From positions 18,786,001 to 18,850,000 of the forward strand of contig JBHGNT010000005.1 in the NCBI GenBank assembly GCA_043228905.1: a stretch of DNA of 64,000 nt. Direction: 5' to 3'. Below the pieces are notes generated by a model. That model was given only the letters and a program-made list of their open reading frames with translations. It searched no databases and was not told the origin of the DNA. The stretch is from Azolla caroliniana (lineage: Eukaryota; Plantae; Polypodiophyta). Below, in pieces: positions 51,288 through 63,640 of this stretch (position 1 is its first letter; the number at the start of each line of letters is the position of its first letter). Position numbers and translations under genes: made by a program.

Positions 51288-53322
51288 TTAAAATAACCCT
51301 AAGCCCAGAGTCCTTCGTGACCATTTTGCCATGATTTTCCGAAGGAGCTCCACGTCTTCGAATCCAAACCATTGCTCCTTACCCTACACCACAAGATGCC
51401 ATCAACCTAAGCCCTTACAAAAACAAATGCTCAAATTCAATTCTCATAAATACTTACAAATTGATCGGACTCAAATCCTTGAACGAACTCCTCGACCAAC
51501 ATTCGAATGGTTTGCATCACGTAATACCCACAATACGTCCCATTAGGTTGGGTTGGGATATGCAATACATGGAACCGCTCATTGTTGATGATGCAATGGT
51601 CATGTGTGGTGCTAGAGATATGTCGTACATCCAAATTACCCAATGTCTTCATGTCAGCAGTCAGATGATTATTTAGTGGATCGCAGAAAACAATTGGGCT
51701 CCTCACCTTGGCATTGAGACTGGTAGGAGTCTGTCACATCTTCATCCAAAGCACCCAATGCCCTGAGTGCAATATTGGAATGAAGACATATTCCCGTTCA
51801 GGGATCCGAGTGAGTATGTCTTCTACCTTATCACTTTGGCCATCAAATGGTTGTACCCATAGTGGATCCATAATATGAAACTGCTTGTTGATCTCGGGGG
51901 GCAGTGAGTACTCCATCCATAAGTGGAAGAGGGTCATCATCCATGTGGATGCCATCTCCCCTATAGTGCACAGCAAACATAGTTCTACCTCTGTAAAAAA
52001 GACCGCTAGATCTAGTCGTCAACAAGCCACCTAAAACCTATTTATTATGCCAGATTAGTAACTACAAAAAAAACATGAAGTTAACTATTGATCTCGTGCC
52101 CCCACCATAATGGCATACCTAGTGAACTTATTTCCTGTTGTGTTATCCCATGTTTTCGTGATTGTCCCAGGACCAACGTAGACAATCCCAATGTCTGCAC
52201 CCTCATCAGTGTCAGATGATGTAATGAACGACAATTTACCAGGGTCCACTTTTTTCTTGCGAATTTGGATTTTAAGCCTCCTTGGTTGTCGATTCTGACA
52301 GTTGGTCTTGACCACCATCAATCTCGACATGTGCCTCATCTTCTGGCATGGGAAGCCCATGATTCTTACATTGAAATTCATACATAAGATTCACACATAA
52401 TCATTCACACACTAGATTTAGACTCACATAAGATGCACACATAATCATAAAGCATACTTACATAAGCTTCAGATGTAGCCGCAATCTTCAACTTCAATTT
52501 TGCCATCCTATGTTCCTTCCCCCCGTCATACCTGGCCATCTCTTGGCTGACGAATTGGGCAATGAAATCGGCCTCCTTGGATGTTCGAAGTGTGTCTGGA
52601 GTGGCTTTGAAGATCTTAATTGCTCTTGTCCTCAACTTCCTCATGTGTGATTGGTGTGATCTATTGTACTTTAGCTCTGGATCCAAAAAACGCTTTATTG
52701 ATCGTTGTATTTCGTAGTGGTTGAAGAATGACGTGGTTGTGCTCCTCATGGAGGTCGATTGCTCTTCTTCTTCTATCTTTAGCCCCCAAGGTAGTATTAC
52801 ATGGATGCCATGTGCTTTCTGTAAGTGAGCCTCCATGTCAGCTTTTTTGCGAAACCTTCATACCTCTTTTCTACAGGAATCTCCAATGATACATGTGCGA
52901 CATTTGATACCTGTCGAGTCTCTTCCACACTTGAAGAGGGACATAGGGTCCACTACAACAATGGTGTGACATTTGCATTAGAAAAAACCAATATATACTT
53001 ACTTCAATAATGATTACAAGAAAGTACATCAACTCACCATTTAGTTTGATATCTTCAACACTGGCCCCACGTCATGTATGGGGTTCGTATCCATGTTCGA
53101 GTCTTCAGTAATGATGTTTTCAACATCCATATCGTTGAATTTGGGGCACCTAGCACCCTTTCTTACAAAAACCCTAAACCATCATTCAAGTTAGCACACA
53201 AACATCACAATTTATACACAATATATAGTTGAGAAATGATTCAGGCCATAACTCCCTTCATAAGGTATTGTTTCACCCCAATCTGCATCAAAGTCTATGA
53301 AGGTCTTGGACCGACTAGCCAT
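51288..53322 (-). pseudogene. Spliced accessory gene of MULE copy 1: C2H2-like zinc finger plus Ulp1/C48 SUMO-protease domain
   Basis: Starts MASRSKTFIDFDADWG; CRTC...FRKKADMEAHLQKAH; FHIMDPLW, VFIPILHSGHW, FCDPL, TQPNGTYCGYYVM, WFGFEDVELLRKI*; GT-AG introns; internal stops. Confidence 0.75.
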
Positions 53323-54019
53323 CTGTACAAAACACATGCCATCTTCAAAAACCACCAATTTGTGCAACCCACCCAAGCAGTACATGATTGAAGGTTCAAG
53401 TCTTTTTTCTTCTTACTCTGTTTCATATTAATATGGATTCCATATTATCTTATCAAGATTCTAAATATAATTCCATATTATCTTATCAAGATTTTTACTC
53501 TGGCATGCAGTGGAGGTCAATAATAATATGGATTCCAGCTACGAGGAAAATATGATTTCAAACACAAAACTCGAAGGTATAACCTCCACAAAGTCTGGTG
53601 ATACATACCTCTAGATAGCAGGACAACAAGTGCTCGCGGACAATAGGACAACAGGTGGTGCGCCTCGCTGAAGATGCCTAAACCCTAAACCTCTAGCTTC
53701 CTATTTGAAAACAGGCAAAAATGACAAGTATATGGGTTTTTATACTCATCACAAACTAATGAGTCGGGCTCCTTTTCACAGAGTGGGATCCTTTTCACAA
53801 TGAGTCGGGCTCCTTCTTTAGTGAGACAGGCTCCCCAAAAAGAGAACTTTTGATGGCGTGCTTTTTCGCGCTTTTTCTTCATCCACATTGGACAATGCAG
53901 ATTGCACGCGCCCTCATCTAGCAACTTGCACTGTCCCTCTCCGGGATTCCCTCACTTTCCCTCATAAATATTTGGTAGTAGTTAGACACGTCGATGTATG
54001 TATTGTATGTATGTATGTG

Positions 54020-54154
54020 CGGCTTGTGACTAACTACTACCAAAAATTTAAGAGGGCAAGTGAGGGAATCACAGGCGCGGACAGTGCAGGTCGCACCGTT
54101 GATGGCGCGTGTGATCTCCACCGTCCAATGTGGATAAAAAGCTGACAAACGACT
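54020..54154. repeat. Orphan copy of the MULE left terminus (135 bp) between two TATG tracts
   Basis: CGGCTTGTGACTAACTACTACC...TGACAAACGACT recurs 158 bp later as the start of copy 2, with about 10 differences. Confidence 0.9.
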
Positions 54155-54853
54155 GTATGTATGTATGTATGTGCGTGCGGCTCGTGACTAACTACTACCA
54201 AAAATTTAAGAGGGCAAGTGAGGGAATCACGGGCGCGGACATTGCGGGTTGCACCATTGATGGCGCGTGTGAACTCCACCATCCAATGTCGATAAAAAGT
54301 TGACAAACAACTATCATGAGGAGCCCGACTCTGTCACAAGGAGCCCCGTTGCCTAACAACCTCTATTACCAGGACCCCGACTCTGTCACAAGGAACCCCG
54401 TTGCCTGATAGCCTTTGTCACCAAGAGCTTGACTCTGTTAAAAGGAGCCCCGTTGTCTACCAACCTTTGTCACCAGGAGCCCGACTTTGTCAAAAGGAGC
54501 CCCGTTGTCTACCAACCTCTATCACCAGGAGCCCGACTGACTCAAGGCAGGAGCTTGACTTAGATACAAACATCAAAAACTCCAAAAAATTGTAAGTGTA
54601 CAACAAATATTTGCCGTGAAAATGATAGATAAAATTACTCAAACAAACCCAAACTTCCAATTGCTCTCAAAACCTAAATTTTAAAACTCAAAAATCACAC
54701 AAACTTATATCTCCAACCTTCAAGTAACAAATCAACTTAAAGATTCAAATAAAACGTCTTACATAAAAGATTAGAACATCATATTGATAATGGGAATAAT
54801 CCAAGCCTTGGAACCCTAAAATGAAATATGAATACACACATTACATATAACAA

Positions 54854-57800
54854 TTATGGCTCATGTCCTGATGATGGCAAAATGCAACCACAATTTTTAC
54901 AACATGTAACAATCGAGTCTCTTGAAGTCAAGGTAAAGCCAACACAACGCAAACACTAAACCTTTTCATGGTCACATATTGGCAATCGCCTCCTAGCATG
55001 ACTTGCACCTCTTTGTAGATTTCCGATGTGGGATTTAGAAGTGTTTAGGGAGCTGCCAATAAGTTCTTGTGAGATGTCTATTGTTGCGCTTCTTTTGGCA
55101 CCGAGTTGTTAGTTAATACTTATTGATCTGCCATCTTCTTCATTGGTTGATCTTGGTGCACCAATATGATACACATTCTCATTCATATCTTCCAATGTTT
55201 GTATACATTCCAAAATAGTTGCACAGTCAAAGGTTCCTAACCATTGCGTGAAACATTGAAGTGCTTCCTCAGCCGTTTGTATTTTAGACTTGAATGATTC
55301 AATCTCTGATGTTGTGGGGTTTGTCTCCCCCACTCGTTCTACCTCTGTCTCCACTTCTATTTCTGTATTATGGTCCATTCGCATTTGGGTCGTGTGATCT
55401 ATAAAAGGCAATGAGCCACATAAATTTGGCATATGCCTCTCAATAATCATTCGGATACCGAGTAAAGGCTTACATTTACTCGCAATGTCTTGGCAATCAC
55501 AATATGAGCATTGGAGTGCGACATTATACCATAGAGTGGTAGTCATCATGCTCAAGATTCTAAACCAATATCAGGCCTCGTCCACAATATGCATTGTTGA
55601 AGTATCATTGACATACCTTTCCAATATTCTCTCGGCCTCTTTAAGTCGGAACCTTTGATACCTACAATTTGCACGAGGTGCAAATCGACCACTCTCACAT
55701 ATTTCTTGTCGTTGCTTGTACCACTCTACGACCATTCCTCCGATGCAAGTGCCAGTTTCACTATCCCCGATTAAGACATGCACAAGGTCAGTAATTGATC
55801 TGTTTATTCTTCCTCTCAAGTGCAAATCGACCATTCTCACATATTTCTTGTCGTTGCTTGTACCACTCTACGACCATTCCCCCGATGCAAGTGCCAATTT
55901 CACTATCCCCGATTAAGACATGCACAAGGACAATAATTGATCGGTTTATTCTTCCTCTCAAGGCACTATATTTGATAAACTGCCAATGTGTTTCCACAAT
56001 ATTGGTAGTATCAACATGTTTGTGGTTGAACATTCTACCAAACTTGGGCCAGAGTTTCCTCCACACACATGTCAAACCACACCATCCTCCTTCTATATAT
56101 TGCCAAACACCGGGCTTGTCTGCATATTCTACCTTTAACTCCTCACAAATCGCATTGAATGCGAATTCAGTAATGCATTGCATCAGTTGTCACATTGTTG
56201 ATAAAGATGGCTTCTCTCAATTGCACTTACTTTTGGCAACAAGTTGTCCACCCATGATTTTTTGGTGTGAAACTGACACAACAAAGTTGACAATGCGTTT
56301 GCGATCGTTGTCCATTTACAACAATCCAAGGTTGACAGTCAATTGCAACCACATTAGTTATGGCATTATATGATGTCCAACATTTATCAATCACTATCGC
56401 ATTTGGCCTCACCGTGGGCATCCTTGCGAATATGGCTCTCAAACAAGTTTCTAATGCGACTTGCTCGTGGTTTGACTCCTTATCAGAACTGCAAAGCATG
56501 TACCATAACGGGATCCCAATTCCCATGGCATTAGGGGCAACAGTTGCATATAATGGCAACCCGAATTGGTTTGTTTGAAATGTCGAGTCGATTGCCCAAG
56601 AGTTGTTTAGGGTCAACCGCTCACACATTTCCAACATCCATTGATCTTGAAGTATCAAGATAAATGGTTGTCTAGCGGGAGATCCTGGTTCACCAGGTAG
56701 GTAGGGTTGAACATGAGCCACTTTCCCAAGATCTCGGAGTGCATAGGCATCTTGCATCATCAAAGCCCAATCAACCTTAGTCATGGCACTTCCAATTTTT
56801 AACCTATTTGCCATGTTATGGACCTCCTTTGGTATCATAAAGAACTGATAGCTAACAAGATCTAATGAACTAGCCTTGGAATTATGATATGCTTCCTTAC
56901 GCATGCTCATTCGTGCCACATGCCTTGCACACCCAACATCAAATAGGCCATCTTTGCAACAACTTATGACATTGACGTGTGTTGGCAAATGGTACACAAC
57001 CGACCTACTACATGGTACATGACCATTATGAGGTCCATATATTGAAATGGTAAGTGTCTCATTGTCAACACCGTCATCCATTCTAACGTCCACATGCAAT
57101 GTACACCCACATCGGGGTGTGCACCTGCGTTGTCAAGTGGAATTAGGCGCAAGTCGAAATGTTCCAGCACGATGACAACTATACCTAGTCACACGCATAC
57201 CCTTCTCGACACCTTTCCTGAAGTGTGTATGATACTTGATTTGCAAATATTTGAGTGCAACATCTAGCTGGTGGGTTTCTACCTTGATCACTTCTATGGG
57301 TAGGGTCTTGTTATATTTGGCCATGCTTGATCCCAAACCTTCTATTGGGTCAACCTTCAATACCATTTGGCAACCACAATTTGTACTGAGTGCTTTTACG
57401 TACTCCGGTGCGATGCCATAACACGTACATCAGTCACGTAAACTAGCTTTAACTCTTTAAGAGTCTTTGGAAACATGTGATGGGATGTGTCACCATGTGA
57501 CGTTAATACTACTTCCCTCCATTTCTTGACGTATAATATTTGAAGATTAGGTGATGCTTTAAGGTAAATTGCACTCTCATTCCCGAGTATGAGATGACTC
57601 TTCATGCGCCTCCATACATGAAGTGAAAGAGGTGCACCCCTTGCGACATCACGTAATGCTTCCAATGTTACCTTAACTTTTCCCAATAAATCTTTAACCA
57701 TTAAATCATACGCAGCTCTTGAGAATGCAAAATACCTTGGGGAACAATACATGAAGGGATTCACCGCCTCATCCTCATGATCAAAGTTAGATGACTCAAA

Positions 57801-57911
57801 AGGCATCTCCAATTCATCCTCAGATACAAACGATGCATTGGACAACCATGATGTATCCTTCGATTCATATTCCGACATGGCAAAGACACCATGATGCATT
57901 GTGCTCTCCAT
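54854..57911 (-). pseudogene. MULE transposase of copy 2, frameshifted
   Basis: ORFs 57396-57911, 57133-57366, 56227-57099, 55788-56183, 55571-55840 and 55109-55555 parallel copy 1; 142-bp tandem duplication at 55679-55961. Confidence 0.85.
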
Positions 57912-58069
57912 AGATGGTTGTGGTCTATTACTACGGTGATTGAAGTGAGCGAATACAATGTGATCGAGAATGCTAGTGATTAAGGTGAATGAAGTGAATG
58001 TGAGTGCTTATGCCAATGAATGAAGGAATGAATTCAAATGAATGCCAATTATTGTATTTCAAATGAAAA

Positions 58070-60492
58070 CACGTTCGCGTTCACAAGTGGAAGGATCGTG
58101 CATTCCATTTATAGATTCCTTTTATAATCTCGCGATTTTAGACAATTTTCAAAAACTTGATACACCAGTATCACATGTTTTTAATAGCATGTAAAATTTG
58201 CTAATTTTTTGAGATTTAACAAGTTTCAAAATGATAATTTCTAAAATTGAATAGTTTTTTAGTAAATGTTTAAATGTTGATGGTTTGCATATATGAAATG
58301 TAGTTAACTTAAAGAAATCACAATGGTTAACTCAAGGCACAAGTTAAGATTAATGTTTTCACCATCTTGATGAGATTAAGATTACATCTTTTGTTAGACT
58401 TGAAAACGTTTTAAGTATAAGAGGTATCATTGCAATCCTTAATGTCATCATCTATAAATTTAGTGCTCATTAACATCCATAAATTCACAACTCAAGAAAT
58501 GTAGACAATATTCATAAACAATTTTGATAAATCCACAACTCCCAAAATGTAGATGATATTCATAAACTGTCAAACTTTAGATGTGAACATTAATATATCA
58601 ATTTGAACATATCACACAGTTACTAGGGTATCTACAATGTTATCCTCTTCTTCCTTTTGAGAATTCCCCTACAAAATTTGTGAAGAAAATGGCATTTGCG
58701 AAGTTCAATTACCATCAATACAATTATTAATGGTTTTTTGCTAATCAATGAAGCCTATGTTCACCATAAGGTATCTTGTTGTGCAACATACATCTTTGCA
58801 ATATCGATATGCATCTTTTTCTCTTGTAAAAACATAGATTTCAGTATCATTTGAGTTCATGTTTAAAAAACCTCTTTTATTTGAAAAACAAGAATTTTTT
58901 TAAACATGAACTCGATATGTTGTATCAAGTTGATGTAAAAAACCGAGTTTTGATCATAAATCCATACAATGTATTGAATTCATGTTTAAAGTTTTTTTTA
59001 CTAGATTTAAAAAATAATAATAATAATAATAAGTTGAGCTTGAGTTCATATAAAAACCAGATTTTTTATCACAATTCAATACAATGTATCGAGTTCATGT
59101 TTAAAGTATATTTTTCTAATTTTTTCCAATTTTTTTGATTTGTTTTTATTTTTTTCAATTTTATATATGGAAAAAAATAATTTTAAACATGAATTCAATA
59201 CATTGTATTGAATTGTGATGAAAAATCTGGTTTTTATATGAACTCAAGCTCAACTTATTATTATTAATTTTTTTAAAATCTAGTAAAAAAAACTTTAAAC
59301 ATGAATTCAGTACATTTTATGGAATTATGATAAACTCGATACAACATATCAAGTTCATGTTTAAAAATCTTCTTGTTTTTCAAATAAAAGAGGTTTTTTA
59401 AACATGAACTTGAATCGTACTAAAATATTTGTTTTTAGAAGAGAAAAAGATGCATATCGATAGTGCAAAGAAGTATGTTGCATAACAAGATACCTTATGG
59501 TGAACATGCGCGTCATTGAATAACAAAAAACCATTAATAATTGTGTTGATGGTAATTGAACCTTGCAAATGTCATTTACATGGTCCATAAAGTATTCTCG
59601 TGGTTCTCAATGACCACTTCAAGCACTCAATGTTGATCTTCATAGTTTGGTTCATCTACAACAGAGAAACATTTATGTGGAACAAAGGATGACAACACGA
59701 GCATAACTCAGGTGACACGGACACTTGCAAGAACTCAAGGTGGGGATATTAATAACTACACATGTAGATGGCCATGAGCTATGGTACCAATTCTACATTG
59801 GTAAAGTTTTGGACGTGATGATCCATTAAACCTTTGTAATACATCTATCATTGACATTAATTAGGTGTATATCATTGTGTATGACTTTACACTGACAAAA
59901 GTTGGATGTTTAAGGACAACAACGATATATATAATAAAAGAGATATTACCAAGTCTAGAAGATATCTCATAGTGAAGGTGAAGAAGATTTACTACACACA
60001 ATTTGGAGACACCATTTGGTGAAGACAATGATTTGATTGGTACATTTGAAAATGAGGAGGAAGAGTCACAATTGTATATTATCTATAGTAGTGATTCTCA
60101 TGAAAAGAATGATGATATTTATGCAAATAACTCCCAAATGTATTAGTTGTGCAACTATGTGTAACAAATTTACACAACATTTTATCGAATGAAATAAAAA
60201 CGTTCATTGTTTTGAAATCCTCTCCTTTTGATTGCTTTAAGATCTAAAAACTTATTAGTAACTGTCATTTTTCTTAAAAATACACAAAGTTACTTTTCGT
60301 ATCTGACCAAAATTTGGTATTTTTCAATTTTACCAAATGGTGAAATTTTCAACTTTTTCATCAAGTTTTAGAGAACATGTGATACCAATATCAAGGTGTT
60401 TTGTGAAATGGTAAAAAAAACCCCAAAATCAAACGGAATATTCCTTATCCTTCCACTTGTGCGCAATCCTTCCACTTGTGAACGCGGACATG
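58070..60492. mobile_element. Non-autonomous TIR element inserted between the two genes of MULE copy 2
   Basis: ~32-bp TIR CACGTTCGCGTTCACAAGTGGAAGGATCGTGC / GCGCAATCCTTCCACTTGTGAACGCGGACATG; segment absent from copy 1; TSD not resolved. Confidence 0.7.
58687..59577. repeat. Long inverted repeat (foldback), ~430-bp arms with a ~50-bp spacer
   Basis: Left arm AAATGGCATTTGCGAAGTTCAATTACCATCAA... is the reverse complement of the right arm ...TTGATGGTAATTGAACCTTGCAAATGTCATTT, with scattered mismatches throughout. Confidence 0.92.
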
Positions 60493-61520
60493 TTTGAATT
60501 CAATGTGATCAATAATGCACATGAATGAAGTGGATGATTTCAATTTCTTCAATTATTTAGTTTGAGAATAATTTCAGCACTTTGAGAATGATTTCAGCTC
60601 TTACTGAATGATCGAGAATGCCAACTGTTTGCGAGTGATTGAATCTATGGTTTGATTAATCACTACGGTGAATGAAATCAATGTGAGTGATTAATAGACT
60701 GTGAATGAAGTGAATGATTTTAACTCTTAGTGAATGAGTTCACCTCTTAGTGCATGCTAGTGACTTTGGTGAATCAATTTAGTGTGATCGTTAATATGAT
60801 CGTTGCAACGCCATCATTTCACATAGTTGGGCACCTGCTTATTAATGAGTCGGGCTCCCTCCTTTGATATAAGTCGGACTCCTCATTAATCAGTCGGGCT
60901 CCCTCCTTTGATATGAGTTGGGCTCCTCATTAATCAATAGGGCTCCCTCCGTTGATATGAGTTGGGCTCCTTACTGGAAAAATTGGAATGTTGAAACAGT
61001 TAAGCTTCCAAGTGATATATACCATTAATTGATTTATTAGGATTTCGAACATAATCTTCAACTCCTCGTATAACATTATTGTAGATTAATTTGTGTGCCT
61101 TAATGCAGTGTTCATAGAGCTTATCTTCTTCATTATTGACTTACTAGGGCGTATGCAACACTAGCAGAGCATGATTTCAGCTCTTTGAGAATGATTTCAG
61201 CACTAGGAGAGCATCTGCTCCCCCACATTAATATCATAAATTGATAAAAAAGCTCATCTAAGAAGACCCGCAACCAAGAAACATGCTTTTACTAAAGCAT
61301 TGCATACACTGTTTATATAGGGTTTACAAAATATTTATTTGATATTACAAAATTAACCATATTGATATGGCCAAGAATATACAAAAAGTGCCTGACTTGA
61401 TTCCAAAATACAAAAAAAGTTGGCAACCTTGGTTCCAGAATATACAAAAAAAGATGGCAACTGCATTAGATAGTACATCGAGATCATATATTTGATGTTA
61501 CAAATTACAACTCCGAATGA

Positions 61521-63009
61521 TTAAAATAACCCTAAGCCCAGAGTCCTTTGTGCCCATTTTGCCATGATTTTCCGAAGGAGCTCCACGTCTTCGAATCCAA
61601 ACCATTGCTCCTTACCCTACACCACAAGATGCCATCAACCCTAAGCCATTACAAAAACAAATGCTCATATTCAATCCTAAGGGATACTTACAAAATAATT
61701 AGACTCAAATCCTTGAATGAACTCCTCAACCAACATCCGAATCGTTTGCATCACGTAATACCCACGATCTGTCCCATGAGGTTGGGTCGGGATATGGAAT
61801 ACATGGAACCGTTCATCATTGATGATGCAATGGTCGTGCGTGGCACTAGAGATATGTCATACAACCAAATCACTCAATGTCTTCATGTCGACAGTTGGAT
61901 GATTATTTAGTGGATCACAAAAAACAATTGGGCTCCTCACCTTCTTGGCATCGAGACTTGCAGGAGTCTGCTGCATCTTCATCCAAAGCATCCAATGCCC
62001 TGAGTGCAATATTGGAATGAAGACATATTCCTATTCCAATGCCCTGAGTATGTTTTCTACCTTATCACTTTGCATTGATAGTTGTACCCATAATGGATCA
62101 CCAATATGAAACCGCTTGTTGATGCCAAGGGGTAGCGAGTACTCCATCCATAAGTGGAAGAGGGTCATTGTCCACGTGGATGCCATCTCCCCTACAATGC
62201 ACAACGAACATAGTTCTACCTCAGTAAAAAAGACGGCTAGATCTAGTCTTCGGCAAGCCACCTGAAACCTGTTTATTAGGCCAGATTAGCAAGTATGAAA
62301 AAACATGGAGTTAACTCTTGATCTCATGCCCCCACCATAACGACATACCTAGTGAACTTATTTCTTGTTGTGTTATCCCATGTTTTCGTGATTGTCCCGG
62401 GACCAACAAAGACAATCCCAATGTCCTCACCCTCAGCTATGTCGGATGATGTAATGTCTTGCAATTTGGCTGGGTCCACTTTTTTCTTGCGAATTTGGAT
62501 TTTCGGCCTCCTTGGTTGTCGGATTATCGATTTTGATAGTTGTTCCTAACCACCATCGGCCACTACATTTCCCACATCGTTTGGCATGGGAAACCCATGA
62601 TTCTTATTGTGAAATTCATACATAAGATTCAAACATATTCATTCACACTAGATTTACACTCACATAAGATGCACACATAATCATTTACCATACTTACATA
62701 AGATTCAGATGCAGTCGAAATCTTCAACTTCAACAAATGGCCCACGTTGTGTATGGGGTTTGTATCCATGTTCGAGTCATTCATAGGCTTTTCAGTAATG
62801 ATGTTTTCACTATCCATATCGTTGGATTTGGGGCACCTAGCACCCTTTCTTACAAAAACCCTAAACCATCATTCAAGTTAGCACACAAACACCACTATGT
62901 ATACACAATATATAGTTGAGAAATGATTCAGGCCATACCTCCCTTCATAGGGTATTGTTTCACCCCAATCCGCATCAAAGTCTATAAAGGTCTTGGACTG
63001 ACTAGCCAT
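61521..63009 (-). pseudogene. Ulp1-protease accessory gene of MULE copy 2, zinc-finger segment deleted
   Basis: Colinear with 51288-53322 (FIPILHSGHW and DPL retained); about 560 bp missing at the 62730 junction. Confidence 0.75.
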
Positions 63010-63640
63010 CTATACAAACCACGTGCCATTTCAATAACCACTAATATGTCCATTGCATTAAAGTTCGAATATGGAACCATGTGATCAAATGTAAATGAAA
63101 AGAAACCCTAGAAACGATTTAAAAAATAAAAATAACCATGAAAATACATACCTATTATCGCCTTTGTTTTGCGGATCGAATGTAGGTGGTTGGGAAGTGC
63201 TCATTGGTAGAAAGTGGTGCTCCTCTTGGATTTTGGCAGAAAGTGGTGCACCTCTCTGATTTTGGTGGAAAGTGGTGCTCCTCTCTGATTTTCCCTCCAA
63301 ATACCTTAAAACTCTCTTTTCAAAACAGTTTCAAAATGAGTGATTCAGGGTTTTTATAGTCAGTGCTCATTAATAATGACCGGGGTTCCTAGCCCGACTC
63401 TTGATTAATGAGCGTGGCTCCTTTTGAAAGAGTCGGGCTCCTAGTTACAAAGGTTGTCAAACATCGGGGCTCCTAGTCAGGCTCCCTAGTAAGTGACGAT
63501 TTCTTCGCGCGTTTTTTTTATCCACATCGGATGGTGCAAATCGCACATGCCCTCGATTGAGTGACCTACATCGTCCCTCTCCGCGATTCCCTCACTTGCC
63601 CTCTTCAGTTTTTGGAGGTATTTAGACACGTCGGTACGTG

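Larger units (their letters stand above)
39973..53993 (-). mobile_element. Mutator-like (MULE) DNA transposon copy 1, two genes, ~120-bp imperfect TIRs, carrying nested LTR insertions
   Basis: Left end CGTGACTAACTGCTACCGAATATTAAAGAGGGCAAGTGAGGGAATC... is the inverse of the right end ...GATTCCCTCACTTTCCCTCATAAATATTTGGTAGTAGTTAGACACGTCG. Subterminal GGAGCCCGACTC arrays at both ends; MULE transposase and Ulp1 genes inside; colinear with 54178-63633. Confidence 0.88.
54178..63633 (-). mobile_element. MULE copy 2, head-to-tail with copy 1
   Basis: Left end CGGCTCGTGACTAACTACTACC...; right end ...GATTCCCTCACTTGCCCTC...TAGACACGTCG; same gene order and subterminal repeats as copy 1. Confidence 0.88.

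Noticed and set aside
39973-63633. Assembly-artefact duplication
   Set aside because: The copies differ by many substitutions and by independent insertions and deletions, with clean empty sites in the other copy.
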